Positions 26,525 through 35,661 of a stretch of DNA of 64,000 nt are shown here, in pieces. This DNA comes from Bdellovibrio sp. (GTDB lineage: Bacteria > Bdellovibrionota > Bdellovibrionia > Bdellovibrionales > Bdellovibrionaceae): positions 1,952,001-2,016,000 of the forward strand of contig JAKFCY010000002.1 in NCBI GenBank assembly GCA_036676395.1. Direction: 5' to 3'. The notes beneath the pieces were generated by a model. It did not search any database. It saw only the letters and a program-made list of their open reading frames with translations, and was not told the origin of the DNA. Both the position numbers and the translations under genes were made by a program. The number at the start of each line of letters is the position of its first letter. Position 1 is the first letter of the stretch.

Positions 26525-29128
26525 ATGAAACAAGATCAACTATCTAATACACCTGCCCGCATCTATTTAACTGATTATAAAGCTCCGGATTTCAATATTA
26601 AAGATATCCACCTTTATTTTAACTTGCACGAAACCCAAACCGTTGTGACGGCTAAAATAAACTTCTCGCGCGTGAGCACGGCGAAAGATTTAGTTCTTGC
26701 TGGTGGCGAGCACATTAAACTTTTATCGCTATCAATTAACGGTGAAAAGCTTGAAGCCAACCGTTTTCAAGTTGAAGGCGAAACTTTAACGATCAAAGAT
26801 GTTCCGGCTGAATTTTTATTACAGTCTGAAGTTGAAATTAATCCTGAAGCGAACAAATCTTGTGAAGGATTATATTTATCTGGCGGAATTTTCTGTACGC
26901 AATGTGAAGCTGAATCTTTTAGAAAGATCACTTACTTTTTAGATCGTCCCGATGTGATGACAACTTACACGGTTGAAATGGAAGCGGATGAGAAAAAATA
27001 TCCACATCTTTTATCAAACGGCGATAACATCTCTAAAAAATCATTAGGCAACGGCCGTCACCACGCTATGTGGAAAGACCCATTTAAAAAACCGAGCTAT
27101 TTATTTGCTTTAGTAGCTGGCGACATGGGCGTGATCAAAGACACGTTCACAACTAAATCCGGCAAAACTGTAAAACTAGAAGTCTATGCCCCGCATGGAA
27201 AACAAGAGCGTTGTAAACACGCCATGGTTTCATTACAAAAATCAATGCAATGGGACGAAGAGCGTTTTGGTTTAGAATACGATCTTGGCACTTACATGAT
27301 CGTATCGATTGATGATTTCAATATGGGCGCCATGGAAAACAAAGGCTTAAACGTATTTAATTCACGTTTAGTTTTAGCTGATGAAAAATCGGCGACTGAC
27401 ACTGATTTTGAAATGATCGAATCAGTCGTGGGCCATGAATACTTTCATAACTGGACAGGAAACCGCGTCACTTGCAGAAACTGGTTTGAGCTTTCGTTAA
27501 AAGAAGGTTTAACCGTATTCCGTGACCAAGAATTTTCTGCCGATATGAATTCTCGCTCGGTACAAAGAATTAAAGATGTCGACTCATTACGTTCACGTCA
27601 ATTCACTGAAGACGCAGGGCCAAATGCTCACCCCGTTCGCCCAGAATCATGCTTAGCTGTTGATAATTTCTATACCGCAACGATTTACGAAAAAGGCGCT
27701 GAAGTCATTCGTATGATGCAGACAATTGTTGGTCGTGATGGCTTTAGAAAAGGTATGGATGAATACTTTAAACGCCATGATGGCCAAGCTGTGACGATTA
27801 TTGATTTCGCTGAAGCGATTGCCGCTCCTAATAAGGCTGATTTTTCTCAGTTCAAACGTTGGTATTCACAAGCTGGTACTCCGGTTGTAACGGTAACTGA
27901 AAATTATGATCAAGCTTCAGAAACACTAACGTTAACTTTGGCACAGGCTTCTGAATTAACGCTGACCGAAAAACAAGAGAAAAAAGAAAAGTTACCTTTT
28001 CATATTCCATTAAAATTTGGTCTTATTGATCAAACAGGCAAAGAAAATCTTGAGCATAACCAAGTTTTAAATTTAAAAGAATCAACACAAACTTGGACAT
28101 TCACAGGTATTGCGACTCGTCCGGTAGTTTCACTTAATCGTGAATTTTCAGCTCCGGTTAAATTAAAATGGAATCGATCGAACGCAGATCTTTTACATTT
28201 AATTAAATTTGATACGGATGCTTTTAATCGCCGTGAATCTTGCAGTAAAATGCTTTTTGATGAAACGACAAAATTAATCACAGCTTATCAAAATAAAACT
28301 GATCTAAAACCAAATCCAGAAATTATTCAGTCGTTAGGTTATGTGCTAAACGATACGGCGATCGATGCGCAATTTAAAGCGCTAATCTTATCGATGCCTT
28401 CTGATAGCCAGTTAGCCCAAGAACAAGCTGTTCTTGATCCGGCAGCGTTTTTTAATGCAAAGCTTGCGATCAAAAAAGCCTTTGTCAGTGCGTTTAACAA
28501 TGACCTTGTTTCTACGTACACTAAACATCACAGCCTAAATAGCATTGGTGATCGCGCTCTTAAAAATAAAATTTTAGGTTTCGGTGTTGCAACTGAAAAT
28601 GCAGACTGGATTGCTTTAGCTGATAAACAGTATTGGTCAGCACAAAACATGACTGATAAAATTGCAGCCTTAAGCTGTTTAGCTGAAACTCACTCTGAGT
28701 TAACAGATAAAGCGTTAAATGATTTTCATGCGACTTGGAACACAGACAGTGTGGTCTTCAATAAATGGTTAACTGTGCAAGCCACTAGCAGCTCAGAAAA
28801 AACATTTGCACGCGTTCAGGCGGCAACTACGGCTAAAGGTTACGATCAAACTAATCCAAATAACCTGTACAGTCTTCTTGGAGGCTTTGCCGGAAATTAC
28901 CTACGTTTTCACACAGATAGCGCGCAGACATATAAATGGTTTTCCGATGAATTATTGCGTATTGATAAAGTAAACCCACAAGTTGGTGCTCGTTTAGCAC
29001 AAGCTTTCAATTTTACGAAAAAGTTGCCGACGCACTTAAAAGCTTTAGCACAAACTGAAGTTCAACGAATGTTGGCCAGTGATACCTTATCAAAAAATGC
29101 ACGCGAGCTTTTAGAAAAAACTATGTAG
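26525..29128 (+). CDS. pepN: Aminopeptidase N (M1)
   Basis: GAMEN, HEYFH-18x-E and YEKGAEV motifs; AAGGA SD before ATG 26525. Confidence 0.97.
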   Translation: MKQDQLSNTPARIYLTDYKAPDFNIKDIHLYFNLHETQTVVTAKINFSRVSTAKDLVLAGGEHIKLLSLSINGEKLEANRFQVEGETLTIKDVPAEFLLQSEVEINPEANKSCEGLYLSGGIFCTQCEAESFRKITYFLDRPDVMTTYTVEMEADEKKYPHLLSNGDNISKKSLGNGRHHAMWKDPFKKPSYLFALVAGDMGVIKDTFTTKSGKTVKLEVYAPHGKQERCKHAMVSLQKSMQWDEERFGLEYDLGTYMIVSIDDFNMGAMENKGLNVFNSRLVLADEKSATDTDFEMIESVVGHEYFHNWTGNRVTCRNWFELSLKEGLTVFRDQEFSADMNSRSVQRIKDVDSLRSRQFTEDAGPNAHPVRPESCLAVDNFYTATIYEKGAEVIRMMQTIVGRDGFRKGMDEYFKRHDGQAVTIIDFAEAIAAPNKADFSQFKRWYSQAGTPVVTVTENYDQASETLTLTLAQASELTLTEKQEKKEKLPFHIPLKFGLIDQTGKENLEHNQVLNLKESTQTWTFTGIATRPVVSLNREFSAPVKLKWNRSNADLLHLIKFDTDAFNRRESCSKMLFDETTKLITAYQNKTDLKPNPEIIQSLGYVLNDTAIDAQFKALILSMPSDSQLAQEQAVLDPAAFFNAKLAIKKAFVSAFNNDLVSTYTKHHSLNSIGDRALKNKILGFGVATENADWIALADKQYWSAQNMTDKIAALSCLAETHSELTDKALNDFHATWNTDSVVFNKWLTVQATSSSEKTFARVQAATTAKGYDQTNPNNLYSLLGGFAGNYLRFHTDSAQTYKWFSDELLRIDKVNPQVGARLAQAFNFTKKLPTHLKALAQTEVQRMLASDTLSKNARELLEKTM

Positions 29129-29132
29129 TCAG

Positions 29133-29168
29133 ATTAACAAACTCACACGAAAGTATGGGTTTGTTAAT
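29133..29168. terminator. Terminator hairpin, probably bidirectional, between pepN and the LysR gene
   Basis: ATTAACAAACTCACAC-GAAA-GTATGGGTTTGTTAAT. Confidence 0.75.
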
Positions 29169-29177
29169 TCTTCGTAG

Positions 29178-29219
29178 CACTCTTAAGTCGGATGTTGACC
29201 GTCGTCCGCGCGCGTCGAT
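29178..29219 (-). repeat. 42-bp inverted repeat, left arm
   Basis: Reverse complement matches 30830-30871 at 39/42. Confidence 0.9.
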
Positions 29220-29272
29220 GGACGCTTAGTCTGTGCTATTGTGAACACAGGCTGAGCGAATAAGATTAGCGA

Positions 29273-30175
29273 CTAATCTTTTTTTAATAAAAACTTTTTA
29301 AGTTCCTGCTGAAGAAGTTTAACTCTTATATCCGCGCTGCTCTGCTGAGTTAGCGAAAAACAAATTCGGTGTTTCCCAAATCCTTTGCTTTGAATGCCTT
29401 TGACTGAAATTTTTCTTAAGTGTCCAGACTCTACATCAGATTTCGCTAAGCGTTCTGGCAAAACAGCGATTCCAAGACCAGCAAGGGCAAAAGCTTTAAC
29501 TGAAATAAATGTATCAAGCTTATAGCATTCTGAAAATTGAATTTCATTTTTTATGAAATGATCTCGAATAGACAACCCATCCTCATCATAAGCCTTTTCT
29601 ACATAAATAAAATTTTTGGCGTCAGACATTTCGTCATATTTTTTCGATATAAAGAAATTAAAAACATCGGTGTAAAGAACATGTGAATCCCATTGTGGGC
29701 CAACTTGGGGCTCAGCATTGACTATTACATCAAGGACACCTGATACGAGTTTACCCCAGTGGTCCTTTTCGTCGCGTGTGATAAGTTTAATTTTAAGTTC
29801 GGGATGGGATTTTGAAAACTGCTTTAAAAAAGCCGGCCATAAATAGGTTACCAGCGTTTCGTATGAAGCGACCCTTAACTCACCTGAATAAGGCTGATTG
29901 CCTGAGTTAATTTTTTCGCTGGTGTCACCGATGGAAGCTTCAATCTTTTCATAAAGAGACAGTATCAATCGACCCGTTTCAGTTAATGTCACGCCTTTGA
30001 CAGACCTAACTAAAAGCTTTTTATTGATAACGCCTTCGAGGGTTGCAATTGAACGTGACAATGCTGGTTGAGAAATTTTCAGTTCTCTAGAAGCTTTGTG
30101 AAAGGATCCTAGCTTCGCCACAACAGTGAAGTTGCGTAATTTCTCTAAATGTAGTGCCAATTCATTTTTGTCCAA
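29273..30175 (-). CDS. LysR-family transcriptional regulator
   Basis: F..VA..GSF.KAS.EL.ISQPALSRSI..LE HTH; GELRV; F...HPE; GLGIAVLP. Confidence 0.93.
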   Translation of the reverse strand: MDKNELALHLEKLRNFTVVAKLGSFHKASRELKISQPALSRSIATLEGVINKKLLVRSVKGVTLTETGRLILSLYEKIEASIGDTSEKINSGNQPYSGELRVASYETLVTYLWPAFLKQFSKSHPELKIKLITRDEKDHWGKLVSGVLDVIVNAEPQVGPQWDSHVLYTDVFNFFISKKYDEMSDAKNFIYVEKAYDEDGLSIRDHFIKNEIQFSECYKLDTFISVKAFALAGLGIAVLPERLAKSDVESGHLRKISVKGIQSKGFGKHRICFSLTQQSSADIRVKLLQQELKKFLLKKD

Positions 30176-30188
30176 CTAAACTCCAAAC

Positions 30189-30205
30189 GATAACCAAAAG
30201 ACATC
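30189..30205. promoter_or_regulatory. Candidate LysR T-N11-A box
   Basis: GAT-AACCAAAAGAC-ATC dyad in the divergent intergenic region. Confidence 0.45.
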
Positions 30206-30281
30206 ACTATATGTATGTCAATGCATTATATATATCAAGAAGAAATCGGTATTGTCGTCTCATCTTAACAAGGAGAAAAAG

Positions 30282-30824
30282 ATGAAAACGTTAATAGTAT
30301 CGATAACACTTCTGGCGAATAGCATGGCTTTCGCTACAACTTTTAAAGTCACTGATCCAGTGACAACGACAGAACGCATCGTGGTTTCTATTGCGAACAT
30401 TTCATGTCAGAAGGGTCCGTTTGGCATGTCTCAACTTCAGGTAAGACTTGCGAAACAGGTTGGCAGCCCAGATCATAACGGAGTTTTGAAATCAGACTTC
30501 ATGGGCACACTTGGCGATGATGGCTGTAATGCCATTATCATGAATCTACTAAAATTCTCTAATGGCATAACTGTTGAGTTAGAGGCAAAGGTTGAAACTC
30601 GTTCGGTCGTCAAGCTCGTGGATTCGGGTTCATATAACTGTGAAGGCGCTCAGCAAGAAGTCGTTAGCATGAACGTAAATGGAACAATGGCGAGAGAAAG
30701 TATTTTTACTTCTGAAGGCTTATTGAGTTGTCCAGATGGAATCTATCCTTATCATGTGAGCTCACGAGATAATGTCATCTATGTTCTTCACGAAAACGGA
30801 ATTCCTACAAGCTCTGAATATTAA
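30282..30824 (+). CDS. Secreted hypothetical protein with 4 Cys
   Basis: AAGGAG SD, ATG at 30282, signal peptide (AFA|T). Confidence 0.7.
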   Translation: MKTLIVSITLLANSMAFATTFKVTDPVTTTERIVVSIANISCQKGPFGMSQLQVRLAKQVGSPDHNGVLKSDFMGTLGDDGCNAIIMNLLKFSNGITVELEAKVETRSVVKLVDSGSYNCEGAQQEVVSMNVNGTMARESIFTSEGLLSCPDGIYPYHVSSRDNVIYVLHENGIPTSSEY

Positions 30825-30829
30825 CCTCT

Positions 30830-30871
30830 ATCGACGCACGCTGACGACGGTCAACATCCGGCTTAAGAGTG
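30830..30871 (+). repeat. 42-bp inverted repeat, right arm
   Basis: ATCGACGCACGCTGACGACGGTCAACATCCGGCTTAAGAGTG. Confidence 0.9.
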
Positions 30872-30886
30872 TAAGCAAAAATTAAA

Positions 30887-30917
30887 AAACCCACATCCCA
30901 AACTGAGATGTGGGTTT
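30887..30917. terminator. Terminator hairpin between convergent genes
   Basis: AAACCCACATC...GATGTGGGTTT. Confidence 0.75.
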
Positions 30918-30934
30918 AAAAACAAAACTTTCTT

Positions 30935-31426
30935 TTAAGGCGTTTGCCCTTTTGAATACATTTCGTTCATTTTTTGTTTCATTAATTCCATAGGTACATC
31001 TTCAACATGAGTTCCGATTGACCAAATATGCCCGAACGGATCTTTGAAGGTTCCGGTGCGATCGCCGTAAAATTGGTTTTCTACCGGACGTAACGTTTCC
31101 ATTCCTGCTTCAACTGCTTTTTTAGCTGCGGCATCGACATCTTCGACGTACATCATAAAAGACACTGGCGTACCTTTAAGGGCTAGCGGCCCTTGTGTCT
31201 TCATCGTGTGCTGACCTTCAGTATCCATTTCTGAAGTCATCATTAGAATCGAATTTCCGATTTTAATTTCTGCATGCATGACTTTGCCATTAGGCATATC
31301 CATGCGCATAAGTTGTTCGGCCCCGAACGCGCGTTTATAAAATTCAATCGCTGTGGGTACATCATTAACAACGATGTAAGGTGTGATAGTTGAGTATCCT
31401 TTAGGAATAGCTTCGGCTTTTGCCAT
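30935..31426 (-). CDS. VOC/glyoxalase (PhnB-like) protein
   Basis: TITPYI, AIEFYKRAFGA, MHAEIKIG, QFYGDR, DPFGHIW; AGGAG SD before ATG 31426. Confidence 0.9.
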   Translation of the reverse strand: MAKAEAIPKGYSTITPYIVVNDVPTAIEFYKRAFGAEQLMRMDMPNGKVMHAEIKIGNSILMMTSEMDTEGQHTMKTQGPLALKGTPVSFMMYVEDVDAAAKKAVEAGMETLRPVENQFYGDRTGTFKDPFGHIWSIGTHVEDVPMELMKQKMNEMYSKGQTP

Positions 31427-31512
31427 ATATAATCTCCTCTTGATTTGGTGTGCGCAAATATCTAAGCACACCAAACCAGAGACGCAGATCGACTTATGCC
31501 ACTTGTTATAAA

Positions 31513-32217
31513 TTAAATTTGATTACGGCACTGCTTCAAGAATTCAGAACGCGTATCACCGCTCACTTTGAATTCGCCACGAAGATCAGTCGTTGTCGTT
31601 GAACTGTGCGAATCTTGAATACCGCGCGCAATCACACAATAATGTCTTGCATTGATATGAACGGCAATGTCTTCAGTTTCTAAGATGTAAGATAAGCAAT
31701 CAGCGATTTGCTTTGTTAAACGCTCTTGCACCTGCGGACGGCGCGAGAAAAATTCAACAATGCGGTTAATTTTTGATAAACCGATCACTTTTTTATTAGG
31801 AATATAGGCCACCGTTGCAAAACCATCAATCGGTTGAAAGTGGTGTTCACACATCGACATCACTTCAATATTTTGTACACACACCATTTGGTCGTACTTC
31901 ATTTTGTTTTCAATAACCGTCATCGCCGGAAAATTTTCAGGATGCAAACCACCGAACACTTCGTTGACATACATTTTTGCAATACGCTTTGGCGTATCAC
32001 GAAGACTGTCATCATTGAGATCAAGACCTAAAACATTCATAATCTGAGAAAAATGAAATTTGATTTCTTCGATTTTTTCATCGGCTGATAAATTATTATC
32101 AAACGTCGGCGAAGCTAACACATTGGCTAATACTTTATGCCCGTGTGTTTGTTTTTTAGTTTGTTTTTTAGCCTTAGGTTTTACTGATGTTTTTTTAGTC
32201 TTTTTAGGTGCAGTCAT
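31513..32217 (-). CDS. folE: GTP cyclohydrolase I
   Basis: [32 protein letters not shown]. Confidence 0.96.
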   Translation of the reverse strand: MTAPKKTKKTSVKPKAKKQTKKQTHGHKVLANVLASPTFDNNLSADEKIEEIKFHFSQIMNVLGLDLNDDSLRDTPKRIAKMYVNEVFGGLHPENFPAMTVIENKMKYDQMVCVQNIEVMSMCEHHFQPIDGFATVAYIPNKKVIGLSKINRIVEFFSRRPQVQERLTKQIADCLSYILETEDIAVHINARHYCVIARGIQDSHSSTTTTDLRGEFKVSGDTRSEFLKQCRNQI

Positions 32218-32241
32218 AGAGTTAGATATAATCTATCTGGG

Positions 32242-33381
32242 CTACATATCCAATTTAAAAAACTGCACTTCTTGCTTAACCAGTTGTAACAAGCTTTCAA
32301 TAGAGGAATTGGCTGCTAAAGTCGTTGGCAAACCCCTGGCCGGAACAAAAGATTCGGCTAAAATTCTTAACTTACCCGATGGAAACGCAATTGAACGCGT
32401 ATCGATTTCTTGCTGGGCGCGCGAATCTAAAGCCTCTAAACCCCAGTCTTTGCAATTTTCGGTGTTTAAATCGAATTGTGCGTTCGTGTACTTACGCAAC
32501 ACACCCTCTAAATGCTGAATCGGACGCAGCGGATGATCTAAAGTCATGCGAAAGGTAAAAATCACCTGATCTTGCTTTTGGCGCACAAAAAACTGGGCCG
32601 TTTGCTGAGGTGGTGACAATTTGTAAAATGACTGCGCCATAAGGTCTTCGTTAATACGAAGCCCCTTTTTAAAATTCGCATTGATTTGTTTAGTCGAAAC
32701 GACAATGCGAATATTAGTCCAGTTACGAGCTTGGGCTAATTGATCAAGTATAGGTTTTACGTCTTTAACTTCATCTAAATGACGAATTTTTAAAATTACA
32801 TTCTGCGGTAAGGCTAAAATGACTTTTCGGGCAAAAAACATTCTTTCGCGATCACCGGCTTGAAAAGTTAATTGATAACGTGAACCAATTTTTCTTACAC
32901 TGACTAATCGGTGCTGCAGGCGAATCTGTTTTTCAGGAATTAGGCCCTGCACGATGTCTGAAAGTTGGTCGACAAGGGCTGAGGCTCCATTTTTAAAAGT
33001 CCACGTTTTACTATCAAGATCGGTTTTTTCTAAATTCAGTTCTTTAGCTAAAGTATTTAAAGTCGTGTCTTTTTTAGAAAACTCAAACGCACCCCATTCA
33101 GTTTTATCAATGGTTTGAATTTTTCCGCCCAATCTTGACGAGGCCTCAAAAATTTTAAATGGAATTCTATTTTTTTTAAGTTCGTATGCAGCATATAGAC
33201 CGGCAATGCCGCCACCAATAATGACTACTTCGTTATCAAAATCAAACTGATCTTCGATGAGATATTCATCTAATGTCGAACAAGAGGGCAAAAGCGGTAA
33301 GAGCGACAGGCCCGCGGCTCCCCACAATGCTGTACTGAGAAATTCACGACGGTTAGTTCTAAAACGGTTTCGTTTCGACAT
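32242..33381 (-). CDS. Tat-exported FAD-dependent oxidoreductase lipoprotein (amine-oxidase-like)
   Basis: NRREFL twin-Arg; lipobox LPSC; IIGGGIAGL..A and FEAS.RLGGK. Confidence 0.7.
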   Translation of the reverse strand: MSKRNRFRTNRREFLSTALWGAAGLSLLPLLPSCSTLDEYLIEDQFDFDNEVVIIGGGIAGLYAAYELKKNRIPFKIFEASSRLGGKIQTIDKTEWGAFEFSKKDTTLNTLAKELNLEKTDLDSKTWTFKNGASALVDQLSDIVQGLIPEKQIRLQHRLVSVRKIGSRYQLTFQAGDRERMFFARKVILALPQNVILKIRHLDEVKDVKPILDQLAQARNWTNIRIVVSTKQINANFKKGLRINEDLMAQSFYKLSPPQQTAQFFVRQKQDQVIFTFRMTLDHPLRPIQHLEGVLRKYTNAQFDLNTENCKDWGLEALDSRAQQEIDTRSIAFPSGKLRILAESFVPARGLPTTLAANSSIESLLQLVKQEVQFFKLDM

Positions 33382-33403
33382 AAAATTATGCTAGCGTGAA
33401 AAA

Positions 33404-33985
33404 ATGTTCCACACAAACGATCTTGAACAATTAATGCAAAAAGTTGATGGCTTTGGTTGGGGAATGACGTCATTAGACCCACTATTTGCTAACCTTTTGC
33501 TTGAACGATTTCAAGACGTGCAAAACCAAGGGCTTTTACAGTCTGCGACTATCACTCAACCGACTGATCAGGCTACAGCTATTCGTAACGATCTGACTTA
33601 CTGGCTGGAAAAACAGCACCACCCGACTGAAAGCAAAGTCTTAGAAAATCTTGAACAGGTTCTGACGGCTTTAAAGAATTATTTTCGCATTTCATTATCG
33701 CATTTAGAATGCCATTTTGCTTTTTATCCGCCAGGCCATTTTTATAAAAAACATATCGATCAAACTGAAAATAACAACAAGCGTTTTTTTTCGTTTGTGA
33801 TTTATTTAAATCCGAACTGGAAAACTAGTGATGGCGGTAAACTTATTGGCTACGACCAAGAGCAGAAATTATTTGAAGTTATACCGCACTTTGGAGAAAT
33901 GATTTTATTTCGCAGCGACATCCCTCATGAAGTTGAAACCAGTTACAACGAGCGCCGTTCGATTGCTGGATGGTTTCGCGTATGA
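33404..33985 (+). CDS. 2OG-Fe(II) oxygenase (prolyl-hydroxylase/SM-20-like)
   Basis: YKKHID, IYLN..W...DGG.L, HEV, R.SIAGW. Confidence 0.88.
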   Translation: MFHTNDLEQLMQKVDGFGWGMTSLDPLFANLLLERFQDVQNQGLLQSATITQPTDQATAIRNDLTYWLEKQHHPTESKVLENLEQVLTALKNYFRISLSHLECHFAFYPPGHFYKKHIDQTENNNKRFFSFVIYLNPNWKTSDGGKLIGYDQEQKLFEVIPHFGEMILFRSDIPHEVETSYNERRSIAGWFRV

Positions 33986-35661
33986 AAAATTTAAGATCAC
34001 AAAAAGATGTCGTTTATTTTGTTTTGTTTGACCGTTTAGCGGTTCGCATTGGTATTATGTTACTTGCATTTTTTGCAACCTTAGCAGGCCTTGCGGTTCC
34101 CTATTTTCAACGTGATTTCATGCTCCAACTATCAACTAACCCTTTATTCGTGTGTACGCTACTGGCCCTGTTATCTTTTGTCTTAACGCAGATGACGAAC
34201 TTTTTAGGTCAACGCGAAGCTTTGATCACGCAAAAAGCGTTATCAGAAAAATTATACCACCACATCTTACGACTTAAGCCATTAACCACCAGCCACAAAA
34301 CTGTGGGTGAAATGGTCGCCTTATACACAACTGATATTCCAAGTTGCACGATGTGGCTTGAACAAACGATTCCCTATGCGCTGACGACGGCTTTTCCGTT
34401 AATGCTGGCACCGATATTTTTAAAAGTTGTCTATCATATTCCTTATAGCTTAACGTTATCTCTGATTGCAGCTTTGGTTTGTGTGAATCTATTATTAGCA
34501 CGCAGACAGTCTGGATTTTTCTATTATTTTAAAATCTTAGCCGGCCAGCGTATGGGTTTGGTGAATGAATGGATTCAAAATATTCGCGGACTTAAATCCC
34601 TAAACTGGATTCAGGGTTTCGAAAATAAAATTATCAAAAAACGTATTGAAGAAACAAATAATCGCATCGCTATGGTCACTAACGGTCAGATTATGAATTC
34701 GATTTCATCTAGTGTAACGTTCTGGCTAAACCTGGCGATTTTATTTTACGTGACCTATGCCCATAATGAACTGATCGGCCAAATTGATCTGATAGCTGTG
34801 ATGTGGGTCATGGGTGTATTTTTGTCAAAACCCTTAAGACAGCTGCCGTGGTTTTTTACGATGATGTTTGATGCCTGGACTTCGGTTCGCAGAACCGGCG
34901 ATTTTTTCTCGCTTGAAAATGCGCGTTACCATATCGATGATGAAAACACCGCTTTAACTGCTGACGAATCATTAGTGGTCGAAGATTTAAATTTAATTAT
35001 TGAAAATAAAATCGTTTTAAAAAACATTAATTTAAAAGTTAAAAAAAATGAAGTAGTGGCGATCATTGGCCCGATTGGCTGTGGCAAATCGGTTTTATTT
35101 AAATCACTGATGCGCGAAACTCCGTTTAAAGCCAAACGCCTGGCCCAACTGCCGCATAGTTATTTACCACAAGAACCTTTTATCTTAAGTGCGACGTTAA
35201 CAGAAAATATTATTCTGGATTATCATAACGAACCTTCTGAGGCGATTCATCACGCCGTAAAAGCTACGCAAGCCTTAAAACATGCGCAATTTGATATTGA
35301 GCATGATCGTATTAGTGATGGTTTACAAACAATCATTGGTGAGCGTGGGTTAAATATCTCGGGCGGACAAAAACAAAGACTAAATTTGGCCAGATTATTT
35401 TATAATCCCCTGCCATTATTTTTATTAGATGATCCCTTTAGCGCTGTCGATGTGGGCACCGAGAAAAAACTGATCGATGCCCTATTTACTTTAAAAGAAC
35501 AAGGGCATAGCTTTCTAGTGATCACTCAACGTTATGAGTTTTTAAAACACTGTGATCGTATTGTTTATTTAGAAAAAGGCGAAATCAAATTTAATGGCCC
35601 TTATACAGATTTTATAAGTCAGCCGAAATATCAAAAATTTATCGCAGGCGATATAACATGA
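33982..35661 (+). CDS. ABCC/MRP-like half transporter (TMD+NBD1)
   Basis: GPIGCGKS, IGERGLNISGGQKQR, LLDDPFSAVD; ATGA overlap with the upstream gene. Confidence 0.88.
   Translation: MKNLRSQKDVVYFVLFDRLAVRIGIMLLAFFATLAGLAVPYFQRDFMLQLSTNPLFVCTLLALLSFVLTQMTNFLGQREALITQKALSEKLYHHILRLKPLTTSHKTVGEMVALYTTDIPSCTMWLEQTIPYALTTAFPLMLAPIFLKVVYHIPYSLTLSLIAALVCVNLLLARRQSGFFYYFKILAGQRMGLVNEWIQNIRGLKSLNWIQGFENKIIKKRIEETNNRIAMVTNGQIMNSISSSVTFWLNLAILFYVTYAHNELIGQIDLIAVMWVMGVFLSKPLRQLPWFFTMMFDAWTSVRRTGDFFSLENARYHIDDENTALTADESLVVEDLNLIIENKIVLKNINLKVKKNEVVAIIGPIGCGKSVLFKSLMRETPFKAKRLAQLPHSYLPQEPFILSATLTENIILDYHNEPSEAIHHAVKATQALKHAQFDIEHDRISDGLQTIIGERGLNISGGQKQRLNLARLFYNPLPLFLLDDPFSAVDVGTEKKLIDALFTLKEQGHSFLVITQRYEFLKHCDRIVYLEKGEIKFNGPYTDFISQPKYQKFIAGDIT

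Noticed and set aside
30820..30880. Integron attC site after the secreted-protein gene (TAAC...CGGCTTAA...GTAAG)
   Set aside because: No complementary L''/L' arms, no GTTRRRY core, no integrase, and the two repeats are inverted rather than direct
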